Source: Mobula hypostoma (Eukaryota). From it: 64,000 nt of DNA. Where the stretch lies: assembly GCF_963921235.1 (NCBI RefSeq), contig NC_086109.1:36768001-36832000 (forward strand), read 5' to 3'. Numbering within the stretch: the first letter of the stretch is position 1; each line of letters opens with the position of its first letter. The notes beneath the pieces are model-generated. The model was not told where the DNA came from and did not search any database. It saw only the letters and a list, made by a program, of their open reading frames with translations. Below, in pieces: positions 38,801 to 52,859 of this stretch. A program made the translations under genes and the position numbers.

Positions 38801-41452
38801 ATGTTTTTTCTAATTTCTTGTGTAGCCTAACTATTAATTTCATTCCTATTTTTAAAAATTTTCCTCTAGTGCCAAACTCAATTTGTGTTTTTTTTTCTAG
38901 TTCCTTCAGATTATTTTGTAATTCCTCTAATGTTTTATTCCTTATTTTTTTCTTATATGAAGATATCACTATAATTTTCCCTCTTAAGACAGCCTTCAGA
39001 GTATCCCATAGACTGAGAGGTGAAACCTCTCCATTATCATTGAATTCTATGTAAAGACCAATTTCTTTTTTAATTTGTTCCTTAAAATAGGGATCATTGA
39101 GTAGACTTGAATTTAGTTTCCAAATAGTATTCTTTGGTTGTAGATCAAAATCAACAGATAAATCTATAGGTGCATGGTCACTTACATCTATTGTCCCAAT
39201 TCCACAGGTGTTTATTTTGTCTTTATCTTTTCCAAATGTTATGAATTAGTCTATTCTTGTATATACGGAATGGGGGGCAGAATAATGAGTGTAATCCCTT
39301 CTGTCGGGGAAATGATCCCTCCATACATCAATTAGACCAACATCCTCAAAAAGAGTGTTATCTTTCTTATGTAAGGACATTGTTACATAAGTTTTTCTAT
39401 TGGAAGAGTCTAACTTTGGTTGTAATTGTAAATTTAAGTCTCCCCCACTTATCAAGAGACCTTCTGTTTCCGTTACCATAATATTAGTAATTTTCTTGAA
39501 GAAACTAATATCACTTCCTGGGGGTGCGTATATATTCAATAAAGTAATTGGATTTCCATCTATATTTCCCCATACCAGAATATATCTGCCCTCCTTATCT
39601 CCCATTTCACTACTTTTTCAAAATTTAGCTTGCTTCAGATGAGAATAGCAGTTCCTCTTCTATGTCCTGATTTATATGAGGAGAAAAACAAATTAGTGAA
39701 ACCCATTCTCTTTAATTTTCCATGCTCATTATCACTTAAGTGAGTTTCCTGTAAATATACTACATGGGCTTGTTATTTTTCATTTTTGATGGAATTTTAC
39801 TTTGTTTGATTAGATTTAACAGTCTATTGACATTAAAAGAAATGAATTTTACTTTGTCTTTAGCCACGTGTATTTATCTGTTAGTATATCATTGAAATTT
39901 GCAGAATATAACTTAATCGATCTACTCCCTGAACAAATAAGAACCAAGAAATGCGAATAATTTAAAAAAGGTAACAAAGGTGTGATTCCAAGGCTGGGGT
40001 CTCTAGATGACCCTGGGTTGAGCTAGAGGAAACGTCTAGCCGTGGGGAATAGACCTTCCTACCTGTGAGTTGAGGGCCCCCACTGCAGTACCTATAAAGG
40101 TAAGTAAAAAAATCTATGTCCATTACACAGAAATGATTTCCCTGTGTATTCCTCCCATATATATATTCTCATTTAGGTGGGGAAAAAGGAGTGAATGAAT
40201 GAATAAAAAAAAATTGAGTAATATAAAATCCACATTATAATATGTATTTCTTGAGATAGGTATATCGCAATGTCTATTTTTGCTTCCATTTGGTTTATCA
40301 GCACTTTTAAAGTTAGCCAAACCTCATGGCTCTTCTGGAGGAGGTGAGGGCTGTCTTTGGAAAACTCACAGTCTCCTTCTAATATCCTTCTCTTGTCCTC
40401 TTCCCGTCCCCCTGCTTTCTCAGTTCTCTTACTATTTCCCAAGCAGATCGGGATAACTGCTCAGCCAGACTTTCCCTTGGTTTGACAACACTAATGGGCA
40501 GTACTCTGTTGTTCATGTCTGGAGTCGCCTCTTCCACTGTCTGATGTAGCTGTACCTCTCCTTCGTAAAATATTCTCAGTTTAGCAGGGTACGGGGTTTG
40601 GAACTCAATTTTTTCTTGCTTTAATATTTGTTCTGCTTTGGAATATTCCTTCTATTTTTGCAGGACTGCCCGGGGGTAAACATGATCGAAATATGTTAAC
40701 TTTCTGTTCCAAAACACCCTCTTCTTAACCCAGGCCCTTCGTAGGATCTCCGCCTTGCTCTTGAATTGAAGGAATTTAAGTACTATTGAGCGTGACTTAC
40801 TTTCTCTGTCTCAGGGAGGCCTAGGGATGATCGCATGATGTGCCCTCTCAGTTTCAATCTCCATAGTTGGGGGAATCTCCAGCACTTCCTGCAGCAACTT
40901 TTCTACAAACTCTATCATCAACAATCCCTCCGGTCCTTCAAGAACATTATAAATCCTAATATTTTTCCATTGCGATCTTCCCTCCTGGTCAAGCAATCTA
41001 CTTTCCTGTTGATTTAATATTTTTATCATCTTACTTAGTATCCGTTCCATGTTTTGTACGCGATCTTCCATCTTCTCAATTCAGGTCTCTGCCATCACTA
41101 TTTTCTGATTGACGTTGGCGAGCTTTGACTTGATATCATTGAGTTACTGTTTTATATCTTTTTGGACTTCCCTTATCTCTTCCAGAATTTTTATCATATT
41201 TGCCGCTTCGCCAGACCGAGGCCCAGCATCAGCCTCGCCACCGAACGCACGTGTAGGGGAGCTCTCTCCATAGGTTCCGCAGTGATGCTTTTTTTTTAAT
41301 CTCCATTCTTTTTCCCCATTCTTGCCCCCCTTATCAATTCAGATATTTTTGGAAGATTTTATATTTGATGGATTAACAGGGCAATATATGCGTTTTTCCG
41401 GAGGGGCTTTTGATTTAAGCTGCCATTCTCAATGATGACGTCACCGGATCCC
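35861..41452 (-). mobile_element. Full-length degenerate L1-clade LINE (ORF1 about 40450-41310, ORF2 about 36083-39860)
   Basis: TSD AAGTAGGCTTCTATT (35846-35860) vs AAGTAAGTTTCTATT (41453-41467). EN motifs LLNIYAP, GGDLN, TRID. RT motifs [29 protein letters not shown]-terminal CWRNC..NHYHIFCEC. ORF1 motifs NIRIYNVLEG and ERAH. A-tail and AATAAA at the left end. Confidence 0.92.
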
Positions 41453-42780
41453 AAGTAAGTTTCTATTAAGTTTTTTTTTCTGTACATAGTACATAGCTAG
41501 TGTGCTGACAGTGGGTCTGGAGGTAGTGATATGTTCTTTGTGTGAGATGTGAGAACTCCAGGAAACCTCCAGTTTCCCTGATAACTACATCTGCACAAAG
41601 TGGATCAAGCTCAATAGAAACTGTGTTAAGGAACTAGAGCTGCAGCTCGAAGACCTTCGGCTCATATGGGAAAATGAAGAGATGAGAGATAGGAGCTACA
41701 GGGAGGTAGTCATCCCTAAGTTGCAGGAGGCAGGTACCTGAGTGACTATAGGAGAGGCAAAGAAAATTGGCAGCCAATACCCCTGTAGCCATTTCCCTCA
41801 ATAATAAATATACTGCTCTGGATTCTGTTGGGGAAGGGGGAATGACCTATGGTGAGCAGGTGTCTGGCTCTGTAGCTCAGAAGGGAAGGAGGGAGAAGAG
41901 GAGCAAAGTAGTGAGATGGGATTCGGTAATTAGAGGAGCAGAAAGCAGATTCTGTTATGTGAAAGACACAACTGGATGGCATGTTGCCTCCTAGGTGCCA
42001 GGGTCAAGGATGGCTCAGACTGAGTCCATAACATTCTAAAGAGGGAAGGTGAACAACCAGAATTTGTGCTACATATTGGTACCAATGACTTAGGTAGGAA
42101 AAGGGACGATGTCCTGAAGGAAGGATATAAGGAGTTAGGCAGAAAACTGAAAAGTGGGATCTCCAAGATAGTCTCTGTTTTTCTGCCTGTGCTATGTCCA
42201 TTAAGGGTGAGAGTTGGATGCTTGGTAGATGAATGTGTGGCTGAAGAATTGAAGGATTGATGCAAGGAGCGGAGTTTCAGATTTCTGGATCATTGGGATC
42301 TCCTCTGGGGAAGGTATGACCTTCACAAAGAGGACGGGCTACATCTGAACTAGAGGAGGACCAATATCTTTGAGGGAAGGGTTTATACTAATTTGGCAGG
42401 GTAATTGGAACAAGAGTGATAGGGCTGAGGATGGGGCAAATGTTACACGACTAGACGCAATGTATAGTGAGGCTGTGAGAAAGGACAGGCAGGTGATTGG
42501 GCAAAATTGCAGTTAGAGGGATGAGTTAATGTGTTACAGGGGGCCAACATCAAAAAGAATGATGAATGCAGGACTCAAGGTGGTATATTTGAATGCACAA
42601 GGTATACAGAGTAGAGTAGATGATCTTGTAGCACAGTTCGAGATTGGCAGGCATGATGTTATGGGCGCCCCTCAGTCGTGGCTGAAAGAAGATCATAGTG
42701 CGACCTTAACATCGAAGGATATACGTTGTATCAAAAGGACAGGCAGTTAGGCAGAGGAGATGGAGTGGCTCTGTTGGTAA

Positions 42781-43587
42781 TGTCACGTGACCGGCAACAA
42801 TGAATATAGAATTGAGTCACGTTTTATAAAAACAAGCAAACATTTATTAAACTTTGCTCAAAAATAGGGAAATATATTTAAACGACTAACTTAACTGGAA
42901 TACGGCAACTGTGGAACAGTTCTTAAAAGGGTAAATGCGAAAACAGTTCTTAAAGTGGTAAATTCAAACACAGTTCTTAGAGTGGTAAATTCAAAAGTCC
43001 AAGAGATTTATGCAGTCAATTAGGAGAGACTTTCCTAAAATAAAGAATTCCCCAAAGACATGTCGTTACTGCTGATCCCAGCCGAAATCTGCCTTGTCAG
43101 CAGGATTCACAACAACAGAAATAAACGGCTTAAAAGGAACTGAACTTTTTCCTGGAGAGTGAACCTTGCACGAACTTCCTTGCTCTTTTGGCAGGAGTTA
43201 TCTCAGATGCAGGTCACTATCTTTTGACCGAAGAATCAATAAGGTCGATCCTTTACGAAACTGCCGAACGACACCAACTTCACTCGACTCGGCGAATTCC
43301 TGAATTTTGGTAAGGTCTTCGCTCTCCAGTACTACTTATAATAGAAAGTAGAACTCCACTTTAAAACAAAACTGCATCATCAGCTGAACACGCAGCAAAA
43401 GCGTAGTATCTAACACAGAACTAAACTGAAAACCTGACTGTGTCACATCAGGAGTCTCTTTTATATACCTGTTGAGAACAGGTCATCATGTGACCTCATT
43501 GGCATGAAAATTACATCACGAGACCTCCGCAAGACCATTACATCACCCTCATAAGACAGTCACAAGACATCCATGAAGTATGTAACA
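42781..43587 (-). mobile_element. Solo LTR (807 bp, Gypsy-type)
   Basis: TGTCAC...GTAACA termini and TSD GTAA at 42777-42780 and 43588-43591. Minus-strand TATA at about 43460 and AATAAA at 42843. Three internal 27-bp repeats at 42916-42996. It cleanly interrupts the CR1 EN. Confidence 0.88.
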
Positions 43588-44623
43588 GTAAAAAATGAAA
43601 TCAAATCCTTAAAATGAAGTACTGTATGATTGGAAGATGTAGAATCCTTGTGGGTCGAGTTCAGAAACAGCAAGGGTAAAAAGATCCTGATGAGAATTAT
43701 ATACAGGCCTATGAACAGTAGCTAGACGTGGACAACAAATTACAACATGAGATCAAAAAGGCATGTAAAAATGGCAATGTTATTATAATCATGCAGGATT
43801 TCAATATGCAGTCAGATTGGGAAAATCAGTTTTGTGTGGATCGCAAGAGAAAGAATATGTTGAATGCCTAAGAGATGGCTTTTTAGAGCAGCTTGTGGTT
43901 GAGCTCACTAGTGGAATGAAAATTCAAGATTGGGAGTTATGCAATGACCAGATTTAATTAAGGAGCTTATGGTAAAGAAACTCTTAGGAGGCAGTGACCA
44001 TAATATGATAGAATTTACCCTGCAATTTCAGAAGGAGAAGCTGAACTCAAATGTATCAGTATTACAGTACCGCAAAGGGAATTGCAGAGGCATGAGAAAG
44101 GAGCTAGCCAAGGTTGATTGGATGGGAACAGTAGTAGGGATGACGACACCACAGCAATGGCTATTGTTTCTGGGAGAAATTCTGAAGGTGCAGGAAGGAC
44201 ATATCCCAAAGATGAAGTAATATTCTAAGAGAGAGAATGAGACAAATGTGGCTGACAAGGGAAGTCAAAGACAGCATAAAAGTAAAAGAGAGGACATATT
44301 ATATAGCAAAAATTAATTAAATATGAAAGAGAATATGAAAAGTTTCTCAGATATGTAAAGAATAAAAGAGAGATGAGAGTGGATATTGGACTGCTGGAAG
44401 TGGTAATGGGGATAAAGAAATGGGGGATGAACTTAATAACTATTTTGTGTCTGCCTTTATGTGGAAGACCCTAGCAGATCAGAGTGTCAGGGGGCAAAAG
44501 TGAGTGTTGTTGCTATTGTTAAAGAGAGGTGATTGGGAAGCTAAAAAGTCAGAAGGTAGATATGTCAGCTGGACCAGATCGACTGCACCCAAAGTTCTGA
44601 AAGAGTTAGCTGAAGAAATTGTC

Positions 44624-45290
44624 CAAAGTTTGAAATAAATTGTATTATCAAAGTACATATATGTCACCATATACAACCCTGAGATTCATTTTCTTGTAGG
44701 AATACTTCAACAAATGTATGAAATAGCAACTAAAACAGGATTAATGAAAGATCAACCAGAATGCAGAAGACACCAAACTGTGCAATTGCAAATAAAAATA
44801 AATAGCAATAAATAATAAGAACATGAGATAATGAAATAAAGGGTCCTAAAAAGTGAGATCATTGGTTGTGGAAACTTACCAGTGATGGGACAAGTGAGGT
44901 TAAGTGTAGTTATCCCTTTTTATTCAAGATCCTGATGGTTGAGGGGTTATAACTGTTCTTGAACCTGTGGTGTGAGTCCTGAAGCTCTTATACCTTCTAC
45001 CTGAAGACATCAGTAAGAAGAGAGCACATCCTGGCTGGTGGAGATCTCTAGTGATGGATGCTGCTTTCCTGTGACAGTCTTTCATGTAGATGTGCTCAAT
45101 GGTAGGGAGGCCTGTGATGTACTGGGCTGAATCCGGTACTTCTTTGTAGGATTTTCTGTTCAAACGCATTGGTTATACAGTACAATACCACACTGTGATG
45201 CAGCCAGTCAATATACTCTCCACAACACACATATAGTGATGACATGCCGAATCTTCACATACTCCTAAGCAAGTAGAGGAACTCCTAAGG
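44624..45290 (-). mobile_element. Rex-type LINE 3' fragment nested in CR1 ORF2
   Basis: VESILTGCITVWY and KAASITRDLHQPG motifs plus the family tail. The CR1 resumes at GTGGAGGCATTGGTAATG. Confidence 0.75.
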
Positions 45291-47827
45291 AAGTGGAGGC
45301 ATTGGTAATGATCTTTCAAGATCCTGAGATTCTGGAATAACTCCTGAGGATGGAAAATTGCAAATGTCACTCCACTCTTTAAGAAGGGAGGGAGGTAGAA
45401 GAAAGCAAATTATAGTCCAGTTAACCTGACGTCAGTGGTTGGAAAGAAATTGGAGTCAATTTGAAAGGATGAGGTTTCAGGGTATTTGGAGGCACATGCT
45501 AAATTAAGCCAAAGTTAGCATGGTTTTCTAAAGGGGAAATCTTGCCTGACAAATCTACTGGAATGCTTTGATGAAAACAGGCAGGATAGGAAAAGGAGAG
45601 TCACTGGATGTTGTTTATTGGGATTTTCAGAAGGCCTTTGAGAAAGTGTTGCACATGAAGCTACATAACAAGATAAGAGCCCATGGTATTATTGGAATGT
45701 TGTTAGTATGGTTCAAAGATTGACTGGCAGGAGGCAAAGAGTGGGAATAAAGAGGACCTTTTTTAGTTGGCTGCTGGTGACTTTTGGTGTGCCACAGGGA
45801 TCTGTGTTGGAACTGATTCATTTCACGCTTTGTGGCCAAGTTAAAAGATGCTACAAAGAGAGATGGAGGGGAGGTAGTGCTGAGGAAGCAAGGTGTCTGC
45901 AGGAGGTTTTAGATAGATTGTGGGAATGGGCAAAGAAGTGGCAGATGCAATTTAGTGTAAGAAAGTCCTTGTCATACACTTTGGCAGAAGGAATAAAGTT
46001 GTGGACTATTTCCTAATGGGGAGAAAATTCAAAAATCAGGTGCAAAGAGATATGGGAGTCTTCATTCAGCATTCATTCAATGTTCTCACAGGTTGAGTCA
46101 GTGGTAAGGAAGGCAAATGCAATATTAGCATTCCATTTTAAGAGGAATAGAATGTAAGAGCAAGGATGTGATGCTGAGGTTTTATAATGCAAAGGTCAGA
46201 CCGTGCTTGGAGTATTGTGAGCAGTTTTGGGCCCCTTATCTAAGAAAAGATGTGCTGGCATTGGAGAGCATCCAGAGGAGATTCACCAGAAAGATCCCAA
46301 GGATGAAAATGTTATCACACTATTTGAGGAGCGTTTGATGGCTCTAACAACCAGTATTTGCTGGAATTTAGAAGACTGAGGGGAGACCTCCTTGAAACAT
46401 ATCGCGTATTGAAAGTCCCAGACAGTGGATGCGGAAAAGAGGTTTCCTAGAGTGGGGGAGTCGAGGATCAGAGGGCACAGCCTCAGAGATGATGGACATC
46501 CATTTAGAAAAGAGATGAGGAAAACTTTCTTTCGCCAGAGGATGGTGAATCTCTGAAATGCATTGACACAGACAGCTGCATAGGACAGGTCATTGGGTAT
46601 ACTTAAGGCAGAAATTAATAGGTCCTTGATTAATCAGGGTATCTAAGGTTTTGGAGAGAAGGCAGGAGAATAGGGTTGAGAGGGATAATAAATCAGCCAT
46701 GATGGAATGGTGGAAAGGACTTGATGGGCCGAATGACCTAAATATGCTCCTACGTCTTATGATTGTATGGTATTATTACCTAAAGCCAACGTTCATTCTG
46801 GTGATGGTGATTGAATGTTATAGGCTGATTGCAGCAAGACAGCCAAAATGATTACTGTCCCCACATGATAGGTGCGCAATTGAGAATTCCCTGGATTCAC
46901 AGGAGTAAAACCAGCAAAGGGAAACCTGACTAATTTTCCCTACTTCACCCATGGCTATTGGATTCTGCTGTTAAATCTTTGGTGTCCTTGAAGCTGAAAT
47001 AAGTGCAAATCAAACTTTGATCTTGTGTCATGGTCAATAACCTTCAGATATTAACAGTTCTTGGAAAGTAAGGTAATTTTCCAATGATTAATGAACTCAT
47101 AACCAGTACTAATATGTTGCATAAAGGTTCATTCAATGCCCTTGTGAGTAATTTCTTCATAAACCCTTCATATTCACTGCCCTTTCATTTCCTCACGTTG
47201 ACAAGCTCCACTCTCTTGCCAACAATTTAACTTGTGTCTCAGACCACTATTTTAACTGGAAGCCAGCAATCTACAACTAATTCATTCTACTTGACAAACT
47301 GAGTCTCTACGCCAAAATGCTTCGTGATAAAGAAAGGCTACAACCTCTTTTGTAGCGTCATTAATTTAGGTTCCTACTTTGATCCATCTGCTAGTGATGT
47401 ACTCATGTTACCCTGGTTCCAGAGCCAACAATTACAACCAGGACTAATTACCATCCAGTCATTCAATTCACAACCATCTCCTGTCATTCAGGAGAAACTT
47501 GCTCACCAATAAGCTGCCTACTGAAGACTGAGGTGGCTTTGCTGGTAATATTCTGCTTCAGACCTCATACAGTCGTAGAGACAAAGAGGTATACAGCACA
47601 GAAATGGGCCTTTTGGTTGATCACATTCACGTTGACTATCATATTCACAGCAACCCTAATCCCATTTACCACGTAACAGAATGGATTTGGTTTATTATTG
47701 TCATATGTTCCAGGATACATTGAAAAACTTACTGTTCATACAGATCAAATCAGTTCATTGAGGTAGAAGACAACAAAACAATGGCAACACCACATAAAGT
47801 TCAAAGCTACACAGGAAGTACAGAGGA

Positions 47828-47917
47828 ACACACAAAGTACTGGAGGAACTCAGTAGGTCAGGCAGCAACTACGGAGGGGAATAAACAGAAAATTTTTCAG
47901 ACAAGACCCTATATCAG
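47828..47917 (-). mobile_element. Penelope terminal fragment
   Basis: ACACACAAAGTACTGGAGGAACTCAGTAGGTCAGGCAGCA..., ending at a decayed hammerhead. Confidence 0.6.
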
Positions 47918-48113
47918 AGAAAGTACATTGGTCTGTAACCATGTTTGCCCTGGCATTTCACATCTTTGTCTAGATGCTTCTTAAATATTGTGAGAGTATC
48001 AGTCTACATCATTCAATTGGGTTGTGTGTTCAAGACTCCAAACTCCCTCCAGATGAAGTATTCTTCTTCAGATCCCACCTACCCTAAAGCCATGTCTCTA
48101 ATTTTTTGACTCC

Positions 48114-48533
48114 TGTCACGGTGTGCTCTAGGATGACACAGTAGGACCCAAGTGCGGGGCAACGGCAATGTCATGGAGGTCGCTGGCACCAACTCACCCA
48201 GGAGCTCACGACTTGACTCAGGAGCAGAGAACTGGCAGGATGCCCAGGAGGAGATGGTTAACAAGAGCATAGACATAGAAATACCAACAGGACCTCAAAG
48301 GAGTGACTAAACAACACCATGAGGCAATTCATTCTCTCCAACACAAAGGTTCCAACAAGGCACTGAACGAGAGTGCTCCTTAAAGAATTATAGAATGCGG
48401 GAAATGTTTAACAAGGTTAAACACAAAGGCTTAACAGCTCTGATTAAGATAATGATTTATAAATATAGGTGCTCAAGACCCCCAGAAGTTCAATGCTCTA
48501 TGGCAAGCCACAGAGGCTGCTGGGCTCATGACA
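48114..48533 (-). mobile_element. Solo LTR (420 bp)
   Basis: TGTCA...TGACA termini with flanks ACTCC/ACACC (4 of 5 match). The GGACCCAAGTGC motif is related to the end of the LTR at 26450. Confidence 0.65.
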
Positions 48534-48919
48534 ACACCCTTGTAATTTTCTACTATTAACATAGTCTACGTAATTTTGAATGCAATCACCACAGTCTTCA
48601 TCGATATATGAGTCCTACAGAATTCTTTAATTGGTGAGATAAGGATGACTGCCTTTACCAGCATTTAAATAATCAGGGCATTCTGGAACCTGAGTAAACT
48701 GAAGTCAGGGGGAATCAATGGAAAAACACATCTAACTGATTAAAATCAGAGAAAGGCACAGATAGGGGCAAGTACTCTGTGCACAGTAGACATACAAACT
48801 ATTTTGATCACAGTCTTTCCCTTGGCACTCCTCCCCTGCTATCGCCTTCTTATTTCTTTCCTCTTTCTGTTTCCCTTCAGACATTTTCTTCACTCTAAAA
48901 CTTAACCTTGTCACTTGTC

Positions 48920-49421
48920 CAACAAAAAGTAGTAGATATGGCCCAGTCTATCATGGGTAAAGCCCTCCCACCATTGAGCACACCTATAAAGAGTGTTATC
49001 GAGGGAAAGCAGTATCCATCATCAGGGATCCTCACCATCGAGGTCATGCTCTCTTCTCACTGCTGCCATCAGGGAGAAGGTACAGGAACCTCAGGACTCA
49101 CACCACCAGGTTCAAGAATAGCTTTTACCTTTCAGTCATCAAGCTCCTGAACCAAAAGAGATAACTTCACTTGCCCCACCTATGGACACAATTTCAAGGA
49201 CTTTTCATCTCATGTTATCGATACCTATTGCTACTTATTTATTATCATTATTTCTTTCCTTTTGTATTTGCACAGTTTGTTATCTTTTGCACAATGGTTC
49301 AACGTCCAAGTTGGTGTGGTCTTTCATTTATTCTATTATGGCTTTATTGTGTGTGCCCACAAGAAAATGAATCTCAGGTATATGATGTCATGTGTACTTG
49401 GATAATAAATTTACTTTGAAC
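48920..49421 (+). mobile_element. Rex-type LINE 3' end
   Basis: QKVVDMAQSIMGKALP, ending in AATAAATTTACTTTGAAC. Similar to 5255-5500. Confidence 0.75.
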
Positions 49422-51552
49422 TTTTCCTTTTCTTTTACCTCTGAACTCCTTCATATTTCCACCAGATCACCCCAACATGTTGATCTTCACCGTCCATTCC
49501 TTTCCCATCCTCCTATTGCCAACTGCTCCCTAACATACAGTATTTGGTCTCAGAAACAGGCCTACAGGCCCATCAAATTCATTCAGACCTTTATTCTTCA
49601 TACGTGCCTCTCCTCTCCCCTTGTCATCAAATTCCATCAGAGTATCGTCCTACTCCTTTCTATCTCTTGTATAATCGAGCCTCCTCATTTATACAGAGGC
49701 TCACTTTCAAGTACTCATGTTCTCAGTATTATTTTCATCTGCAGTTTGTCTTCTTTCTGCACATGGCACATGGTATCTGTCAGTCTTTGTTGATTTATGG
49801 TTTTTCATAAAATTCCATTGTATTCCTCTTTTCCCTACAAATGCCTGCTATAAAATGAAACTCAAGGTACTATATGGTAACATATATATACTGTACTTTA
49901 AACTTATATATTTATCAAATGTTTATACATTTACTTTGATCATTTAATTTTGAGAAGGCCTTATTTGACTTGACAGTTCTTCATAGTGGTGAGTTCCACA
50001 TTCTATTTATACTCTAGATAAAGAAATTTCTTCTAATTTCTCAGTTTTTCTGATTGCTTATGTAGAAAATCATTTTTGGTATGATTTTCTACATAACTGT
50101 TTTATCAGACTTGGAATGTTGTAATCATGCATGTTTCAAGAATCACAAGCAATCAATAAGGGCTAAAATTAATATTCAGCCAAATTGTTTGCAAAACAAC
50201 ATCCTCAGAATTATTCTTTGTTTATAACTGACCTTGCATTCTTACATTTATTATATTATTTGTTTGATCCTAGCATTGCCCTACTTTGCAATGAGTAATC
50301 GCATTTGACTTCCATCTTTGGTAGGCAACATTGCAGGCTGGAATATCTGATCTCTGTATGTTCAATTTGCTTCATTGTGCATCTTGGAGCTATGACAGGT
50401 AATTTTCAACATTATTGTAATATTGTGCTTGACCTTCAGTGAATTTTAGCCATAGAACACAATTCATTATGCATCTGCAGGATTCACATGAGAGTTGTTG
50501 GCACACAGTTCCTAAGAACATATGAACTGGTAATTCTCATCTCTCATGTGAGTTTCAAGTCCTCATATGTCAATGTTGAATTCAGGAAACAGTATTGTCA
50601 AAACCGCACTGTTACAAATCAGACTATACCTTTCTCTTGGGTATCATAGGAAGCATGATTTTCATTTTTTCCATCATGTTCGTTCTTTCTCCATTTAATT
50701 TTATTCTCTTTGGCAAGTTTCAAATAGGCTCCAGACTCCATCTCTTGCCCTCGGGGGCATCATTCCCTGCTTGCGGGCTATTGTCAGCTGCAGCATTTGA
50801 CAGGTATTCTTGATTGATGGAACTGAAGTTGGCTCTAAGTAAAGTAAGGCAGTTAATATAGAGAGCTCAGTACTGAAAAAGCTACTGGCAGGCTCAGCCA
50901 ATCAGCAACCAGAGGTAATTCGTCTGGTTCTTTCACCTGGGCTACACATGCCCGGCAGGATTCTTGCCATCAGCACCATTCTTGCCCTTTTGTTCTAGAG
51001 GTTAACTTGTGATTCTTAATCTCAACAGCTAATTAACATGAAAGAGCCCTAAAATGTTGCAGGCAGAGATGTGGAACTTCGACACCATGCAAACTACCAC
51101 AACCTACGTGTTATAAACCATGATGACCTCAGACTCTTGCCACTTAACTTAAGGCAGGATCTCCAGCAGTTCTTCACACAAGAGTCTAATTGCAATAAGA
51201 TAGATAGATACTTTATTGATCCCAAAGGAAATAACTGTGTCACAGTAGCACTACAAGTTCACAGATATACAATATTAGAAGAGAAGTAAGAAGAATAAAT
51301 AAAAATAAGTCACTTCAAACAGTCTAACAGGAGGGGGTCAAAACTTCCATGGATTTATAGACTCATTATAGAGCCTTATGGCTGAGGGCAAGAATGACCT
51401 TTGGAGCAGCGCAGTTGTCTTAGTAGGCAATCGCTGCAACACTTACTGAGACATAAGGATGACACCTTACTGTGTACTTCACTGCTGTCACAATACAAAT
51501 TTCATGTTACATGTTAGTGATATTAAATCTGATTCACATTGTGATTTTGATC

Positions 51553-51846
51553 ACAGAGCCCAGCTACTGGAACTGCTGCTTTACAACTCCATTAGCCCAA
51601 CTTCAAGCATGACTGTGTGAAGTTTGTGTCTTCTGCTGTGACTTCTTGGATTTCCACTGGGTGCTCTGGTTTTCTCCAACAACCTAAAGGTGCAGGGGTT
51701 GGTAGGTTCATTGGTCAGCTGGCCCTTATGTGTAGCTGAGTGGCAAAATCTGGATGGGAATGTAAAGAGAATGAATTAGTGTAGAATTCGTACAAATGGA
51801 TGCTTGAGATGATCTGAGGGCCTGTTTCTGTGCCTATGACTCCATG
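51553..51846 (+). mobile_element. V-SINE (HE1-like)
   Basis: V-domain-like GTGTGAAGTTTG...GGATTTCC..GGGTGCTCTGGTTTTCTCC..CCTAAAG and CR1-type tail GGGCCTGTTTCTGTGC.TATGACTC. Confidence 0.65.
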
Positions 51847-52859
51847 TTTTGGGCCCATTAATTTAGCAGTGAGCTTCAGAAATCATAAATCTAGCAAAAG
51901 CAAACCCATCACATGAGCAAGACAACAAATTAATTGCATAAAACCACAACTATAATAGAGGGAAATAAGTTGTCTTAGTTAATATAAGAAAATATACTTG
52001 GTTGACTATCTTAAGCTTGGCTTTCCTGGTAGAACAATCCAATGTTTCTCAAATGTTATACTGAGGATAATATTTAAATAATTGGCTATTTATGTTCAAA
52101 ATAAACCTTGAGCTGTTAAAATTATATAATCAAACAGAAGTAATAAATAATACAACTTTGAAAAAAAATTCTCTGAAAAAGAAATATTTTACCACTTGTG
52201 CAAATATAAACTGTACTTCTAGGGTTAAATCTGCATAAATGGAATTGTAAGAAATAATATTAATATAACTAATATATGTTTCAGGTATTGTGAGAAAAAT
52301 GACCAAAAGCGATTTAATACTGTGTAACAAAGTTACTTAAAAAGAAATATTAAACTGATCTTGGATTGAAATAAGAAGCAAGTTGAGAAATAATGAAGCT
52401 TCATACCAAATTCATTTCTGTAGTGCAATTATAGGCCATAATGGATTTTATTTTAACTCTAAAGAAATATAATTATACTAATTGTCACAGTGAGATGAGC
52501 GATATACTGACTTGCATCAAAAGTATTGAATAGGAAATTAATTTTTCAATTTGCATCAATAATGTTGAGCATTGTTCATCACTGGTGAATGCATACAAAT
52601 TCTGTGTTTTCTTTCTGTTGTGTTTCTGTGATGGCATGCCTATAATGGAGTATTTGTACTAATGGGAGCAATGGAAAGATCTATTCCTTTCTGAACATAT
52701 GACACCAAAAGGTACATTGAACCACAACCTGCCTGAATAATTGCAAGAGCATAGTCACAGACCAAATCACGCTGGAATTTCTCTTAGCCCTGGACATAAT
52801 GCCCGTGGCTCCAGTAACCTGTACTCATAATGCCAGGACATAAACACACCCAGATGTAA

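Larger units (their letters stand above)
35760..46771 (+). mobile_element. Near full-length degenerate CR1 (5' UTR, ORF1 zinc finger plus SGNH esterase, ORF2 EN-RT, 3' UTR) with three nested insertions
   Basis: ORF1 relics at 41510-42400 (C..C, WDSVIRG, HIGTNDLG, DGLHLN). ORF2 relics KVVYLNAQGI, GGSDHNMIEF and GVPQGSVL. 3' UTR ends at about 46771. The 5' UTR assignment upstream of the L1 is less certain. Confidence 0.8.
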
